A DNA stretch of 64,000 nucleotides from Eledone cirrhosa (lineage: Eukaryota), in contig OZ024744.1 of the NCBI GenBank assembly GCA_964016885.1, forward strand, positions 18,972,001-19,036,000. The letters are read 5' to 3'. The translations under genes and the position numbers were made by a program. Below the pieces are notes generated by a model. That model was not told the origin of the DNA. It made no database searches and saw nothing but the letters and a program-made list of their open reading frames with translations. Positions 38,371 through 52,200 of the stretch are shown here, piece by piece (the first letter of the stretch is position 1; each line of letters begins with the position of its first letter).

Positions 38371-41300
38371 TGTGTATGTCATTGCATCTGTGTGTATGTC
38401 TGTCTCACTCTGTATGTCACTGTGTGTTTCTGCATGTCTGTGTCACTGTGTATGTCACTGTGTGTTTCTGTATGTCTGTGTCACTGTGTATGTCACTGTT
38501 TGTTTCTGTATGTCTGTTTCACTGTGTATGTCACTGTATATTTGTGTATGTCTGTGTCACTCTGTATGTCACTGTGTGTTTCTGTATGTCTGTGTCACTA
38601 TGTATGCCACTGTATGTTCGTGTTGTCTGTGTCATTGTGTATGTCACTGGGTGTTTCTGTATGTCTGTGTCACTGTGTATGACACTGTGTCTTACTGTAT
38701 GTATGTATCACTGTGTATGTCACTGTGTGTATCTGTATGTCTGTGTCACTGTGTAAGTCATTGTATCTTTATGTATGTCTGTGGCACTCTGTATGTCGTT
38801 GTGTGTTTCTGTATGTATGTGTCTCTGTGTATGTCACTGTATATTTGTGTATGTATGTGTCACTGTGTATGTCACTGTGAGTTTCTCTATGTCTGTGTCA
38901 CTGTGTATGTCACTGTATGTCTCGGTATGTCTGTGTCACTGTCTATGTCACTGTATCTTTGTGTATGTCTGTGTCACTGTGTATGTCACTGTGTGTTTAT
39001 GTATTTCTGTGTCTCTGTGTATGCCACTGTATCTTTGTGTATGTCTGCGTCACTGTGTATGTCATTGTGTGTTTCTGTATGTCTGTGTCACTGTGTATGT
39101 CACAGTGTGTTTCTGTATATATGTGTCTCTGTGTATGTCACTGTATCTTTGTGTATGTCTGTGTCACTGTGTGTTTCTGTATGTCTGTGTCACTGTGTAT
39201 GTCACTGTATGTTTGTGTGTGTCTGTGTCACTGTGTATGTCAATGTCTCTGTGTGTTTCTGTATGTCTGTGTCTCTGTGTATGTCACTGTATCTTTGTGT
39301 ATGTATGTGTCACTGTGTATGTCACTGTGTGTTTCTGTATGTCTGTGTCACTGTGTATATCACTGTGTGTTTCTGTATATCTGTGTCTCTGTGTATGTCA
39401 CTGTATCTTTGTGTATGTCTGGGTCACTGTGTATGTCACTGTATATTTGTGTATGTCTGTGTCACGGTGTATATCACTGTATGTTTGTGTATGTCTGTGT
39501 CACTGTGTATGTCACTGTATGTTTCTGTATGTCTGTGTCACTGTGTATATCAATGTGTGTTTCTGTATCTCTGTGTCACGGTGTATGTCACTGCATGTTT
39601 GTGTATGTCTGTGTGACTGTGTATGTCACTGTATATTTCTGTATGTCTGTGTCACTGTGTATGTCACTGTATGTTTCTGTATGTCTGTGTCACTGTGTAT
39701 GTCACTGTGTGTTTCTGTATGTCTGTGTCACTGTATATGTCACTGTATCTTTGTGTATGCCTGTGTCACTGTTTATGTCACTGTATGTTTCTGTATGTCT
39801 GTTGCACTGTGTATGTCACTGTATATTTGTGTATGTCTGTGTCACTCTGTATGTCACTGTGTGTTTCTGTATGTCTGTGTCACTATGTATGCCACTGTAT
39901 GTTTGTGTTATCTGTGTCATTGTGTATGTCACTGGGTGTTTCTGTATGTCTGTGTCACTGTGTATGACACTGTGTGTTTCTGTATATATGTATCACTGTG
40001 TATGTCAGTGTGTGTTTCTGTATGTCTGTGTCACTATGTAAGTCATTGTATCTTTGTGTATGTCTGTGGCACTCTGTATGTTGTTGTGTGTTTCTGTATG
40101 TATGTGTCTCTGTGTATGTCACTGTATCGTTGTGTATGTATGTGTCACTGTGTATGTTACTGTGAGTTTATGTATGTCTGTGTCACTGTGTATGTCACTG
40201 TATGTCTATGTATGTCTGTGTCACTGTCTATGTCACTGTATCTTTGTGTATGTCTGTATCACTGTGTATGTCACTGTGTGTTTATTATGTCTGTGTCTCT
40301 GTGTATGTCACTGTATCTTTGCGTATGTCTGCGTCACTGTCTATGTCACTGTGTGTTTCTGTATGTCTGTGTCACTGTGTATGTCACAGTGTGTTTCTGT
40401 ATATCTGTGACTCTGTGTATGTCACTGTATATTTCTGTATGTCTGTGTCACTGTGTATGTCACTGTATGTTTCTGTATGTCTGTGTCACTGTGTATCTCG
40501 CTGTATGTTTCTGTATGTCTGTGTCACAGTGTATGTCACTGTATGTTTCTGTATGTTTGTGTCAATGTGTATGTCACTGTGTGTTTCTGTATGTCTGTGT
40601 CAATGTGTATGTCACTGTGTGTTTCTGTATGTCTGTGTCACTGTGTATGTCACTGTATGTTTCTGTATGTCTGTTTCACTGTGTATGTCACTGTGTGTTT
40701 CTGTATGTCTGTGTCACTCTGTATGTCACTGTATATTTCTGTATGTCTGTGTCACTGTGTATCTCACTGTATGTTTCTGTATGTCTGTGTCACTGTGTAT
40801 CTCACTGTATGTTTCTGTATGTCTGTGTCACAGTGTATGTCACTGTATGTTTCTGTATGTTTGTGTCAATGTGTATGTCACTGTGTGTTTCTGTATGTCT
40901 GTGTCAATGTGTATGTCACTGTGTGTTTCTGTATGTCTGTGTCACTGTGTATGTCACTGTATGTTTCTGTATGTCTGTGTCACTGTGTATGTCACTGTGT
41001 GTTTCTGTATGTCTGTGTCACTGTATATGTCACTGTATCTTTGTGTATGCCTGTGTCACTGTTTATGTCACTGTATGTTTCTGTATGTCTGTTTCACTGT
41101 GTATGTCACTGTATCTTTGTGTATGTCTGTGTCACTGTGTATGTCACTGTATGTTTCTGTAAGTTTGTGTCACTGTGTATGTCACTGTGTGTTTCTGTAT
41201 GTCTGTGTCTCTGTGTATGTCATTGCATCTGTGTGTATGTCTGTCTCACTCTGTATGTCACTGTGTGTTTCTGCATGTCTGTGTCACTGTGTATGTCACT

Positions 41301-42470
41301 GTGTGTTTCTGTATGTCTGTGTCACTGTGTATGTCACTGTTTGTTTCTGTATATCTGTTTCACTGTGTATGTCACTGTATATTTGTGTATGTCTGTGTCA
41401 CTCTGTATGTCACTGTGTGTTTCTGTATGTCTGTGTCACTATGTATGCCACTGTATGTTCGTGTTGTCTGTGTCATTGTGTATGTCACTGGGTGTTTCTG
41501 TATGTCTGTGTCACTGTGTATGACACTGTGTCTTACTGTATGTATGTATCACTGTGTATGTCACTGTGTGTATCTGTATGTCTGTGTCACTGTGTAAGTC
41601 ATTGTATCTTTATGTATGTCTGTGGCACTCTGTATGTCGTTGTGTGTTTCTGTATGTATGTGTCTCTGTGTATGTCACTGTATATTTGTGTATGTATGTG
41701 TCACTGTGTATGTCACTGTGAGTTTCTCTATGTCTGTGTCACTGTGTATGTCACTGTATGTCTCTGTATGTCTGTGTCACTGTCTATGTCACTGTATCTT
41801 TGTGTATGTCTGTGTCACTGTGTATGTCACTGTGTGTTTATGTATTTCTGTGTCTCTGTGTATGCCACTGTATCTTTGTGTATGTCTGCGTCACTGTGTA
41901 TGTCATTGTGTGTTTCTGTATGTCTGTGTCACTGTGTATGTCACAGTGTGTTTCTGTATATATGTGTCTCTGTGTATGTCACTGTATCTTTGTGTATGTC
42001 TGTGTCACTGTGTGTTTCTGTATGTCTGTGTCACTGTGTATGTCACTGTATGTTTGTGTGTGTCTGTGTCACTGTGTATGTCAATGTCTCTGTGTGTTTC
42101 TGTATGTCTGTGTCTCTGTGTATGTCACTGTATCTTTGTGTATGTATGTGTCACTGTGTATGTCACTGTGTGTTTCTGTATGTCTGTGTCACTGTGTATA
42201 TCACTGTGTGTTTCTGTATATCTGTGTCTCTGTGTATGTCACTGTATCTTTGTGTATGTCTGGGTCACTGTGTATGTCACTGTATATTTGTGTATGTCTG
42301 TGTCACGGTGTATATCACTGTATGTTTGTGTATGTCTGTGTCACTGTGTATGTCACTGTATGTTTCTGTATGTCTGTGTCACTGTGTATATCAATGTGTG
42401 TTTCTGTATCTCTGTGTCACGGTGTATGTCACTGCATGTTTGTGTATGTCTGTGTGACTGTGTATGTCAC
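36790..42470 (+). repeat. Tandem duplication with period 2841 bp
   Basis: ORF pairs 37133/39974, 37361/40202, 37612/40453, 38775/41616 and 38917/41758 all have offset 2841. Confidence 0.9.
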
Positions 42471-43299
42471 AGTGTGTTTCTGTATGTCTGTGTCACTGTC
42501 TATGTCACTTATGTTTCTGAATTTCTGTGTCACTGTGTATGTCACTGTGTGTTTCTGTATGTCTGTGTCACGGTGTATGTCACTGTATGTTTGTGTGTGA
42601 CCGTGTCACTGTGTATGTCACTGTATGTTTGTGTGTGTCTGTGTCACTGTGTATGTCACTGTGTGTTTGTGTATGTCTGTGTCACTGTATGTTTCTGTAT
42701 GTCTGTGTCACTGTGTATGTCACTGTTTGTTTCTGTATGTATGTGTCACTGTGTATGTCACCGTATGTGTGTGTATGTCTGTGTCACGGTGTATGTCACT
42801 GTATCTTTGTGTATGCCTGTGTCACTGTGTATGTCACTGTGTGTTTTTGTATGTCTGTGTCACTGTGTATATCACTGTATGTTTGTGTGTGTCTGTGTCA
42901 CTGCGAATGTCAATGTCTCTGTGTGTTTCTGTATGTCTGTGTCTCTGTGTATGTCACTGTATCTTTGTGTATGTATGTGTCACTGTGTATGTCACTGTGT
43001 GTTTCTGTATGTATGTGTCACTGTGTATATCACTGTGTGTTTCTGTATATCTGTGTCTCTGTGTATGTCACTGTATCTTTGTGTATGTATGTGTCACTGT
43101 GTATGTCACTGTGTGTTTCTGTATGTCTGTATCACTGTGTATATCAATGTGTGTTTCTGTATCTCTGTGTCACGGTGTATGTCACTGCATGTTTGTGTAT
43201 GTCTGTGTGACTGTGTATGTCACTGTGTGTTTCTGTATGTCTATGTCACTGTGTATGTCACAGTGTGTTTCTGTATATATGTGTCTCTGTGTATGTCAC

Positions 43300-46200
43300 T
43301 GTATCTTTGTGTATGCCTGTGTCACTGTTTATGTCACTGTATGTTTCTGTATGTCTGTTTCACTGTGTATGTCACTGTATATTTGTGTATGTCTGTGTCA
43401 CTCTGTATGTCACTGTGTGTTTCTGTATGTCTGTGTCACTATGTATGCCATTGTATGTTTGTGTTATCTGTGTCATTGTGTATGTCACTGGGTGTTTCTG
43501 TATGTCTGTGTCACTGTGTATGACACTGTGTGTTTGTGTATGTATATATCACTGTGTATGTCACTGTGTGTTTCTGTATGTCTGTGTCACTATGTAAGTC
43601 ATTGTATCTTTGTGTATGTCTGTGGCACTCTGTATGTTGTTGTGTGTTTCTGTATGTATGTGTCTCTGTGTATGTCACTGTATCGTTGTGTATGTATGTG
43701 TCACTGTGTATGTTGCTGTGAGTTTATGTATGTCTGTGTCACTGTGTATGTCACTGTATGTCTATGTATGTCTGTGTCACTGTATCTTTGTGTATGTCTG
43801 TATCACTGTGTATGTCACTGTGTGTTTATGTATGTCTGTGTCTCTGTGTATGTCACTGTATATTTGCGTATGTCTGCGTCACTGTGTATGTCACTGTGTG
43901 TTTCTGTATGTCTGTGTCACTGTGTATGTCACAGTGTGTATCTGTATATCTGTGTCTCTGTGTATGTCACTGTATATTTCTGTATGTCTGTGTCACTGTG
44001 TATGTCACTGTATGTTTCTGTATGTCTGTGTCACTGTGTATGTCACTGTATGTTTCTGTATGTCTGTGTCACTGTGTATGTCACTGTATCTTTGTGTATG
44101 TCTGTGTCCCTGTGTATGTCACTGTGTGTTTCTGTATGTGTGTGTCACTGTGTATGTCACTAAATGTTTGTGTGTGTCTGTGTCACTGTGTATGTCATTG
44201 TGTGTTTCGGTATGTCTGTGTCACTGTGTATATCACTGTATGTTTGTGTATGCCTGTGTCACGGTGTATGTCACTGTATGTTTGTGTGTGTCTGTGTCAC
44301 TGTGTATGCCACTGTCTGTTTGTGTATGTCTGTGTCACTGTGTGTGTTTCTGTATGTCTGTGTCACGGTGTATGTCACTGTATGTTTCTGTTTGCCTGTG
44401 TCACTGTGTATGTCACTGTATCTTTGTGTATGTCTGTGTCACTCTGTATCTCACTGTGTGTTTCTGTATGTCTGTGTCAATGTGTATGTCACTGTGTGTT
44501 TCTGTATGTCTGTGTCACTGTGTATGTCACTGTATGTTTCTGTATGTCTGTTTCACTGTGTATGTCACTGTGTGTTTCTGTATGTCTCTGTCACTCTGTA
44601 TGTCACTGTATATTTCTGTATGTCTGTGTCACTGTGTATGTCACTGTATGTTTCTGTATGTCTGTGTCACTGTGTATGTCACTGTGTGTTTCTGTATGTC
44701 TGTGTCACTGTATATGTCACTGTATCTTTGTGTATGCCTGTGTCACTGTTTATGTCACTGTATGTTTCTGTATCTCTGTGTCACGGTGTATGTCACTGCA
44801 TGTTTGTGTATGTCTGTGTGACTGTGTATGTCACTGTGTGTTTCTGTATGTCTGTGTTACTGTGTATGTCACTGTATCTTTGTGTATGTCTGTGTCACTG
44901 TATATGTCACAGTGTGTTTCTGTATGTCTGTGTCACTGTCTATGTCACTGTATGTTTCTGAATGTCTGTGTCACTGTGTATGTCACTGTGTGTTTCTGTA
45001 TGTCTGTGTTACGGTGTATGTCACTGTATGTTTGTGTGTGACCGTGTCACTGTGTATGTCACTGTGTGTGTGTGTATGTCTGTGTCACTGTATATTTCTG
45101 TATGTCTGTGTCACTGTGTATGTCACTGTATGTTTCTGTATGTCTGTGTCACTGTGTATGTCACTGTGTGTTTCTGTATGGCTGTGTCACTGTGTATGTC
45201 ACTGTATCTTTGTGTATGGCTGTGTCACTGTGTATGTCACAGTGTGTTTCTGTATGTCTGTGTCACTGTCTATGTCACTGTATGTTTCTGAATGTCTGTG
45301 TCACTGTGTATGTCACTGTATGTTTGTGTATGTATGTGTCACTGTATGTGTATGTATGTCTGCGTCACTGTGTATGTCACTGTGTGTTTCTGTATGTCTG
45401 TGTCACTGTGTATGACATTGTATCTTTGTGTATGTCTGTGTCACTGTGTATGTCACTGTATGTTTCTGTATGTTTGTGTCACTGTGTATGTCAATGTGTG
45501 TTTCTGTATGTCTGTGTCTCTGTGTATGTCACTGTATGTTTCTGTATGTCTGTTTCACTGTGTATGTCACTGTGTCTTTATGTATGTCTGTGTAACTTTG
45601 TATGTAACTGTATATTTCTGTATGTCTGTGTCACTGTGTATGTCACTGTATGTTTCTGTATGTCTGTGACACTGTGTATGTCACTGTATGTTTCTGTATG
45701 TCTGTGTCAGTGTGTATGTCACTGTATCTTTGTGTATGTCTGTGTCCCTGTGTATGTCACTGTATGTTTCTGTATGTTTGTGTCACTGTGTATGTCACTG
45801 TGTGTTTCTGTATGTCTGTGTCACTGTGTATGTCACTGTGTGTTTCTGTATGTTTGTGTCACTGTGTATGTCACTAAATGTTTGTGTGTGTCTGTGTCTC
45901 TGTGTATGTCACTGTTTGTTTGCGTGTGTCTGTGTCACTGTGTATGTCACTGTGTGTTTCTGTATGTCTGTGTGAATGTGTATGTCACTGTGTGTTTGTG
46001 TATGTCTGTGTCACTCTATGTTTCTCTATGTATGTGTCACCGTGTATGTCACTGTATCTTTGTGTATGCCTGTGTCACTGTGTATGTCACTGTGTGTTTC
46101 TGTATGTTTGTGTGACTGTGTATGTCACTAAATGTTTGTGTGTGTCTGTGTCTCTGTGTATGACACTGTGTGTTTGCGTGTGTCTGTGTCACAGTGTATG

Positions 46201-49200
46201 TCACTGTGTGTTTCTGTATGTCTGTGTGACTGTGTATGTCACTCTTTGTTTGTGTATGTCTGTGTCACTGTGTGTGTTTCTGTATGTCTGTGTCACTGTG
46301 TATGTCATTGCATCTTTGTGTATGTCTGTCTCCCTCTGTATGTCACTGTGTGTTTCTGCATGTCTGTGTCACTGTGTATGTCACTGTGTGTTTCTGCATG
46401 TATGTGTCACTGTGTATATCACTGTGTGTTTCTGTATGTCTGTGTCACTGTATATGTCACTGTATCTTTGTGTATGCCTGTGTCACTGTCTATATCACTG
46501 TATGTTTCTGTATGTCTGTTTCACTGTGTATGTCACTGTATATTTGTATATGTCTGTGTCACTCTGTATGTCACTGTCTGTTTCTGTATGTCTGTGTCAC
46601 TATGTATGCCACTGTATGTTTGTGTTGTCTGTGTCATTGTGTATGTCACTGTGTCTTTCTGTATGTATGTATCACTGTGTATGTCACTGTGTGTATCTGT
46701 ATGTCTGTGTCACTGTGTAAGTCATTGTATCTTTGTGTATGTCTGTGGCACTCTGTATGTCGTTGTGTGTTTCTGTATGTATGTGTCTCTGTGTATGTCA
46801 CTGTATATTTGTGTATGTATGTGTCCCTGTGTATGTCACTGTGAGTTTCTCTATGTCTGTGTCACTGTGTATGTCACTGTATGTCTCTGTATGTCTGTGT
46901 CACTGTATCTTTGTGTATGTCTGTGTCACTGTGTATGTCACTGTGTATTTATGTATTTCTGTGTCTCTGTGTATGCCACTGTATCTTTTTGTATGTCTGC
47001 GTCACTGTGTATGTCACTGTGTGTTTCTGCATGTCTGTGTCACTGTGTATGTCACAGTGTGTTTCTGTATATATGTGTCTCTGTGTATGTCACTGTATCT
47101 TTGTGTATGTCTGTGTCACTGTGTGTTTCTGTATGTCTTGTCACTGTGTATGTCACTGTTTGTTTCTGTATGTATGTGTCACTGTGTATGTCACCGTATG
47201 TGTGTGTATGTCTGTGTCACGGTGTATGTCACTGTATCTTTGTGTATGCCTGTGTCACTGTGTATGTCACTGTGTGTTTATGTATGTCTGTGTCACTGTG
47301 TATATCACTGTATGTTTGTGTGTGTCTGTGTCACTGTGTATGTCAATGTCTCTGTGTGTTTCTGTATGTCTGTGTCTCTGTGTATGTCACTGTATCTTTG
47401 TGTATGTATGTGTCACTGTGTATGTCACTGTGTGTTTCTGTATGTCTGTGTCACTGTGTATATCACTGTGTGTTTCTGTATATCTGTGTCTCTGTGTATG
47501 TCACTGCATCTTTGTGTATGTATGTGTCACTGTGTATGTCACTGTGTGTTTCTGTATGTCTGTGTCACGGTGTATATCTATGTGTGTTTCTGTATCTCTG
47601 TGTCACGGTGTATGTCACTGCATGTTTGTGTATGTCTGTGCGACTGTGTATGTCACTGTGTGTTTCTGTATGGCTGTGTCACTGTGTATGTCACTATATC
47701 TTTGTGTATGTCTGTGTCACTGTGTATGTCACAGTGTGTTTCTGTATGTCTGTGTCACTGTCTATGTCACTTATGTTTCTGAATTTCTGTGTCACTGTGT
47801 ATGTCACTGTGTGTTTCTGTATGTCTGTGTCACGGTGTATGTCACTGTATGTTTGTGTGTGACCGTGTCACTGTGTATGTCACTGTATGTTTGTGTGCGT
47901 CTGTGTCACTGTGTATGTCACTGTGTGTTTGTGTATGTCTGTGTCACTGTATGTTTCTGTATGTCTGTGTCACTGTGTATGTCACTGTTTGTTTCTGTAT
48001 GTATGTGTCACTGTGTATGTCACCGTATGTGTGTGTATGTCTGTGTCACGGTGTATGTCACTGTATCTTTGTGTATGCCTGTGTCACTGTGTATGTCACT
48101 GTGTGTTTTTGTATGTCTGTGTCACTGTGTATATCACTGTATGTTTGTGTGTGTCTGTGTCACTGCGAATGTCAATGTCTCTGTGTGTTTCTGTATGTCT
48201 GTGTCTCTGTGTATGTCACTGTATCTTTGTGTATGTATGTGTCACTGTGTATGTCACTGTGTGTTTCTGTATGTATGTGTCACTGTGTATATCACTGTGT
48301 GTTTCTGTATATCTGTGTCTCTGTGTATGTCACTGTATCTTTGTGTATGTATGTGTCACTGTGTATGTCACTGTGTGTTTCTGTATGTCTGTATCACTGT
48401 GTATATCAATGTGTGTTTCTGTATCTCTGTGTCACGGTGTATGTCACTGCATGTTTGTGTATGTCTGTGTGACTGTGTATGTCACTGTGTGTTTCTGTAT
48501 GTCTATGTCACTGTGTATGTCACAGTGTGTTTCTGTATATATGTGTCTCTGTGTATGTCACTGTATCTTTGTGTATGTCTGTGTCACTGTGTGTTTCTGT
48601 ATGTCTGTGTCACTGTGTATGTCACTGTATGTTTGTGTGTGTCTGTGTCACTGTGTATGTCAATGTCTCTGTGTGTTTCTGTATGTCTGTGTCTCTGTGT
48701 ATGTCACTGTATCTTTGTGTATGTATGTGTCACTGTGTATGTCACTGTGTGTTTCTGTATGTCTGTGTCACTGTGTATATCACTGTGTGTTTCTGTATAT
48801 CTGTGTCTCTGTGTATGTCACTGTATCTTTGTGTATGTCTGGGTCACTGTGTATGTCACTGTATATTTGTGTATGTCTGTGTCACGGTGTATATCACTGT
48901 ATGTTTGTGTATGTCTGTGTCACTGTGTATGTCACTGTATGTTTCTGTATGTCTGTGTCACTGTGTATATCAATGTGTGTTTCTGTATCTCTGTGTCATG
49001 GTGTATGTCACTGCATGTTTGTGTATGTCTGTGTGACTGTGTATGTCACTCTGTGTTTCTGTATGTCTGTGTCACTGTGTATGTCACTGTATCTTTGTGT
49101 ATGTCTGTGTCACTGTGTATGTCACAGTGTGTTTCTGTATGTCTGTGTCACTGTCTATGTCACTGTATGTTTCTGAATGTCTGTGTCACTGTGTATGTCA

Positions 49201-52200
49201 CTGTGTGTTTCTGTATGTCTGTGTCACTATGTATGCCATTGTATGTTTGTGTTATCTGTGTCATTGTGTATGTCACTGGGTGTTTCTGTATGTCTGTGTC
49301 ACTGTGTATGACACTGTGTGTTTCTGTATGTCTGTGTCACTGTGTATCTCACTGTATGTTTCTGTATGTCTGTGTCACAGTGTATGTCACTGTATGTTTC
49401 TGTATGTTTGTGTCAATGTGTATGTCACTGTGTGTTTCTGTATGTCTGTGTCAATGTGTATGTCACTGTGTGTTTCTGTATGTCTGTGTCACTGTGTATG
49501 TCACTGTATGTTTCTGTATGTCTGTGTCACTGTGTATGTCACTGTGTGTTTCTGTATGTCTGTGTCACTGTATATGTCACTGTATCTTTGTGTATGCCTG
49601 TGTCACTGTTTATGTCACTGTATGTTTCTGTATGTCTGTTTCACTGTGTATGTCACTGTATATTTGTGTATGTCTGTGTCACTCTGTATGTCACTGTGTG
49701 TTTCTGTATGTCTGTGTCACTATGTATGCCATTGTATGTTTGTGTTATCTGTGTCATTGTGTATGTCACTGGGTGTTTCTGTATGTCTGTGTCACTGTGT
49801 ATGACACTGTGTGTTTGTGTATGTATATATCACTGTGTATGTCACTGTGTGTTTCTGTATGTCTGTGTCACTATGTAAGTCATTGTATCTTTGTGTATGT
49901 CTGTGGCACTCTGTATGTTGTTGTGTGTTTCTGTATGTATGTGTCTCTGTGTATGTCACTGTATCGTTGTGTATGTATGTGTCACTGTGTATGTTGCTGT
50001 GAGTTTATGTATGTCTGTGTCACTGTGTATGTCACTGTATGTCTATGTATGTCTGTGTCACTGTATCTTTGTGTATGTCTGTATCACTGTGTATGTCACT
50101 GTGTGTTTATGTATGTCTGTGTCTCTGTGTATGTCACTGTATATTTGCGTATGTCTGCGTCACTGTGTATGTCACTGTGTGTTTCTGTATGTCTGTGTCA
50201 CTGTGTATGTCACAGTGTGTATCTGTATATCTGTGTCTCTGTGTATGTCACTGTATATTTCTGTATGTCTGTGTCACTGTGTATGTCACTGTATGTTTCT
50301 GTATGTCTGTGTCACTGTGTATGTCACTGTATGTTTCTGTATGTCTGTGTCACTGTGTATGTCACTGTATCTTTGTGTATGTCTGTGTCCCTGTGTATGT
50401 CACTGTGTGTTTCTGTATGTGTGTGTCACTGTGTATGTCACTAAATGTTTGTGTGTGTCTGTGTCACTGTGTATGTCATTGTGTGTTTCGGTATGTCTGT
50501 GTCACTGTGTATATCACTGTATGTTTGTGTATGCCTGTGTCACGGTGTATGTCACTGTATGTTTGTGTGTGTCTGTGTCACTGTGTATGCCACTGTCTGT
50601 TTGTGTATGTCTGTGTCACTGTGTGTGTTTCTGTATGTCTGTGTCACGGTGTATGTCACTGTATGTTTCTGTTTGCCTGTGTCACTGTGTATGTCACTGT
50701 ATCTTTGTGTATGTCTGTGTCACTCTGTATCTCACTGTGTGTTTCTGTATGTCTGTGTCAATGTGTATGTCACTGTGTGTTTCTGTATGTCTGTGTCACT
50801 GTGTATGTCACTGTATGTTTCTGTATGTCTGTTTCACTGTGTATGTCACTGTGTGTTTCTGTATGTCTCTGTCACTCTGTATGTCACTGTATATTTCTGT
50901 ATGTCTGTGTCACTGTGTATGTCACTGTATGTTTCTGTATGTCTGTGTCACTGTGTATGTCACTGTGTGTTTCTGTATGTCTGTGTCACTGTATATGTCA
51001 CTGTATCTTTGTGTATGCCTGTGTCACTGTTTATGTCACTGTATGTTTCTGTATCTCTGTGTCACGGTGTATGTCACTGCATGTTTGTGTATGTCTGTGT
51101 GACTGTGTATGTCACTGTGTGTTTCTGTATGTCTGTGTCACTGTGTATGTCACTGTATCTTTGTGTATGTCTGTGTCACTGTATATGTCACAGTGTGTTT
51201 CTGTATGTCTGTGTCACTGTCTATGTCACTGTATGTTTCTGAATGTCTGTGTCACTGTGTATGTCACTGTGTGTTTCTGTATGTCTGTGTTACGGTGTAT
51301 GTCACTGTATGTTTGTGTGTGACCGTGTCACTGTGTATGTCACTGTGTGTGTGTGTATGTCTGTGTCACTGTATATTTCTGTATGTCTGTGTCACTGTGT
51401 ATGTCACTGTATGTTTCTGTATGTCTGTGTCACTGTGTATGTCACTGTGTGTTTCTGTATGGCTGTGTCACTGTGTATGTCACTGTATCTTTGTGTATGG
51501 CTGTGTCACTGTGTATGTCACAGTGTGTTTCTGTATGTCTGTGTCACTGTCTATGTCACTGTATGTTTCTGAATGTCTGTGTCACTGTGTATGTCACTGT
51601 ATGTTTGTGTATGTCTGTGTCACTGTATGTGTATGTATGTCTGCGTCACTGTGTATGTCACTGTGTGTTTCTGTATGTCTGTGTCACTGTGTATGACATT
51701 GTATCTTTGTGTATGTCTGTGTCACTGTGTATGTCACTGTATGTTTCTGTATGTTTGTGTCACTGTGTATGTCAATGTGTGTTTCTGTATGTCTGTGTCT
51801 CTGTGTATGTCACTGTATGTTTCTGTATGTCTGTTTCACTGTGTATGTCACTGTGTCTTTATGTATGTCTGTGTAACTTTGTATGTAACTGTATATTTCT
51901 GTATGTCTGTGTCACTGTGTATGTCACTGTATGTTTCTGTATGTCTGTGACACTGTGTATGTCACTTTATGTTTCTGTATGTCTGTGTCAGTGTGTATGT
52001 CACTGTATCTTTGTGTATGTCTGTGTCCCTGTGTATGTCACTGTATGTTTCTGTATGTTTGTGTCACTGTGTATGTCACTGTGTGTTTCTGTATGTCTGT
52101 GTCACTGTGTATGTCACTGTGTGTTTCTGTATGTTTGTGTCACTGTGTATGTCACTAAATGTTTGTGTGTGTCTGTGTCTCTGTGTATGTCACTGTTTGT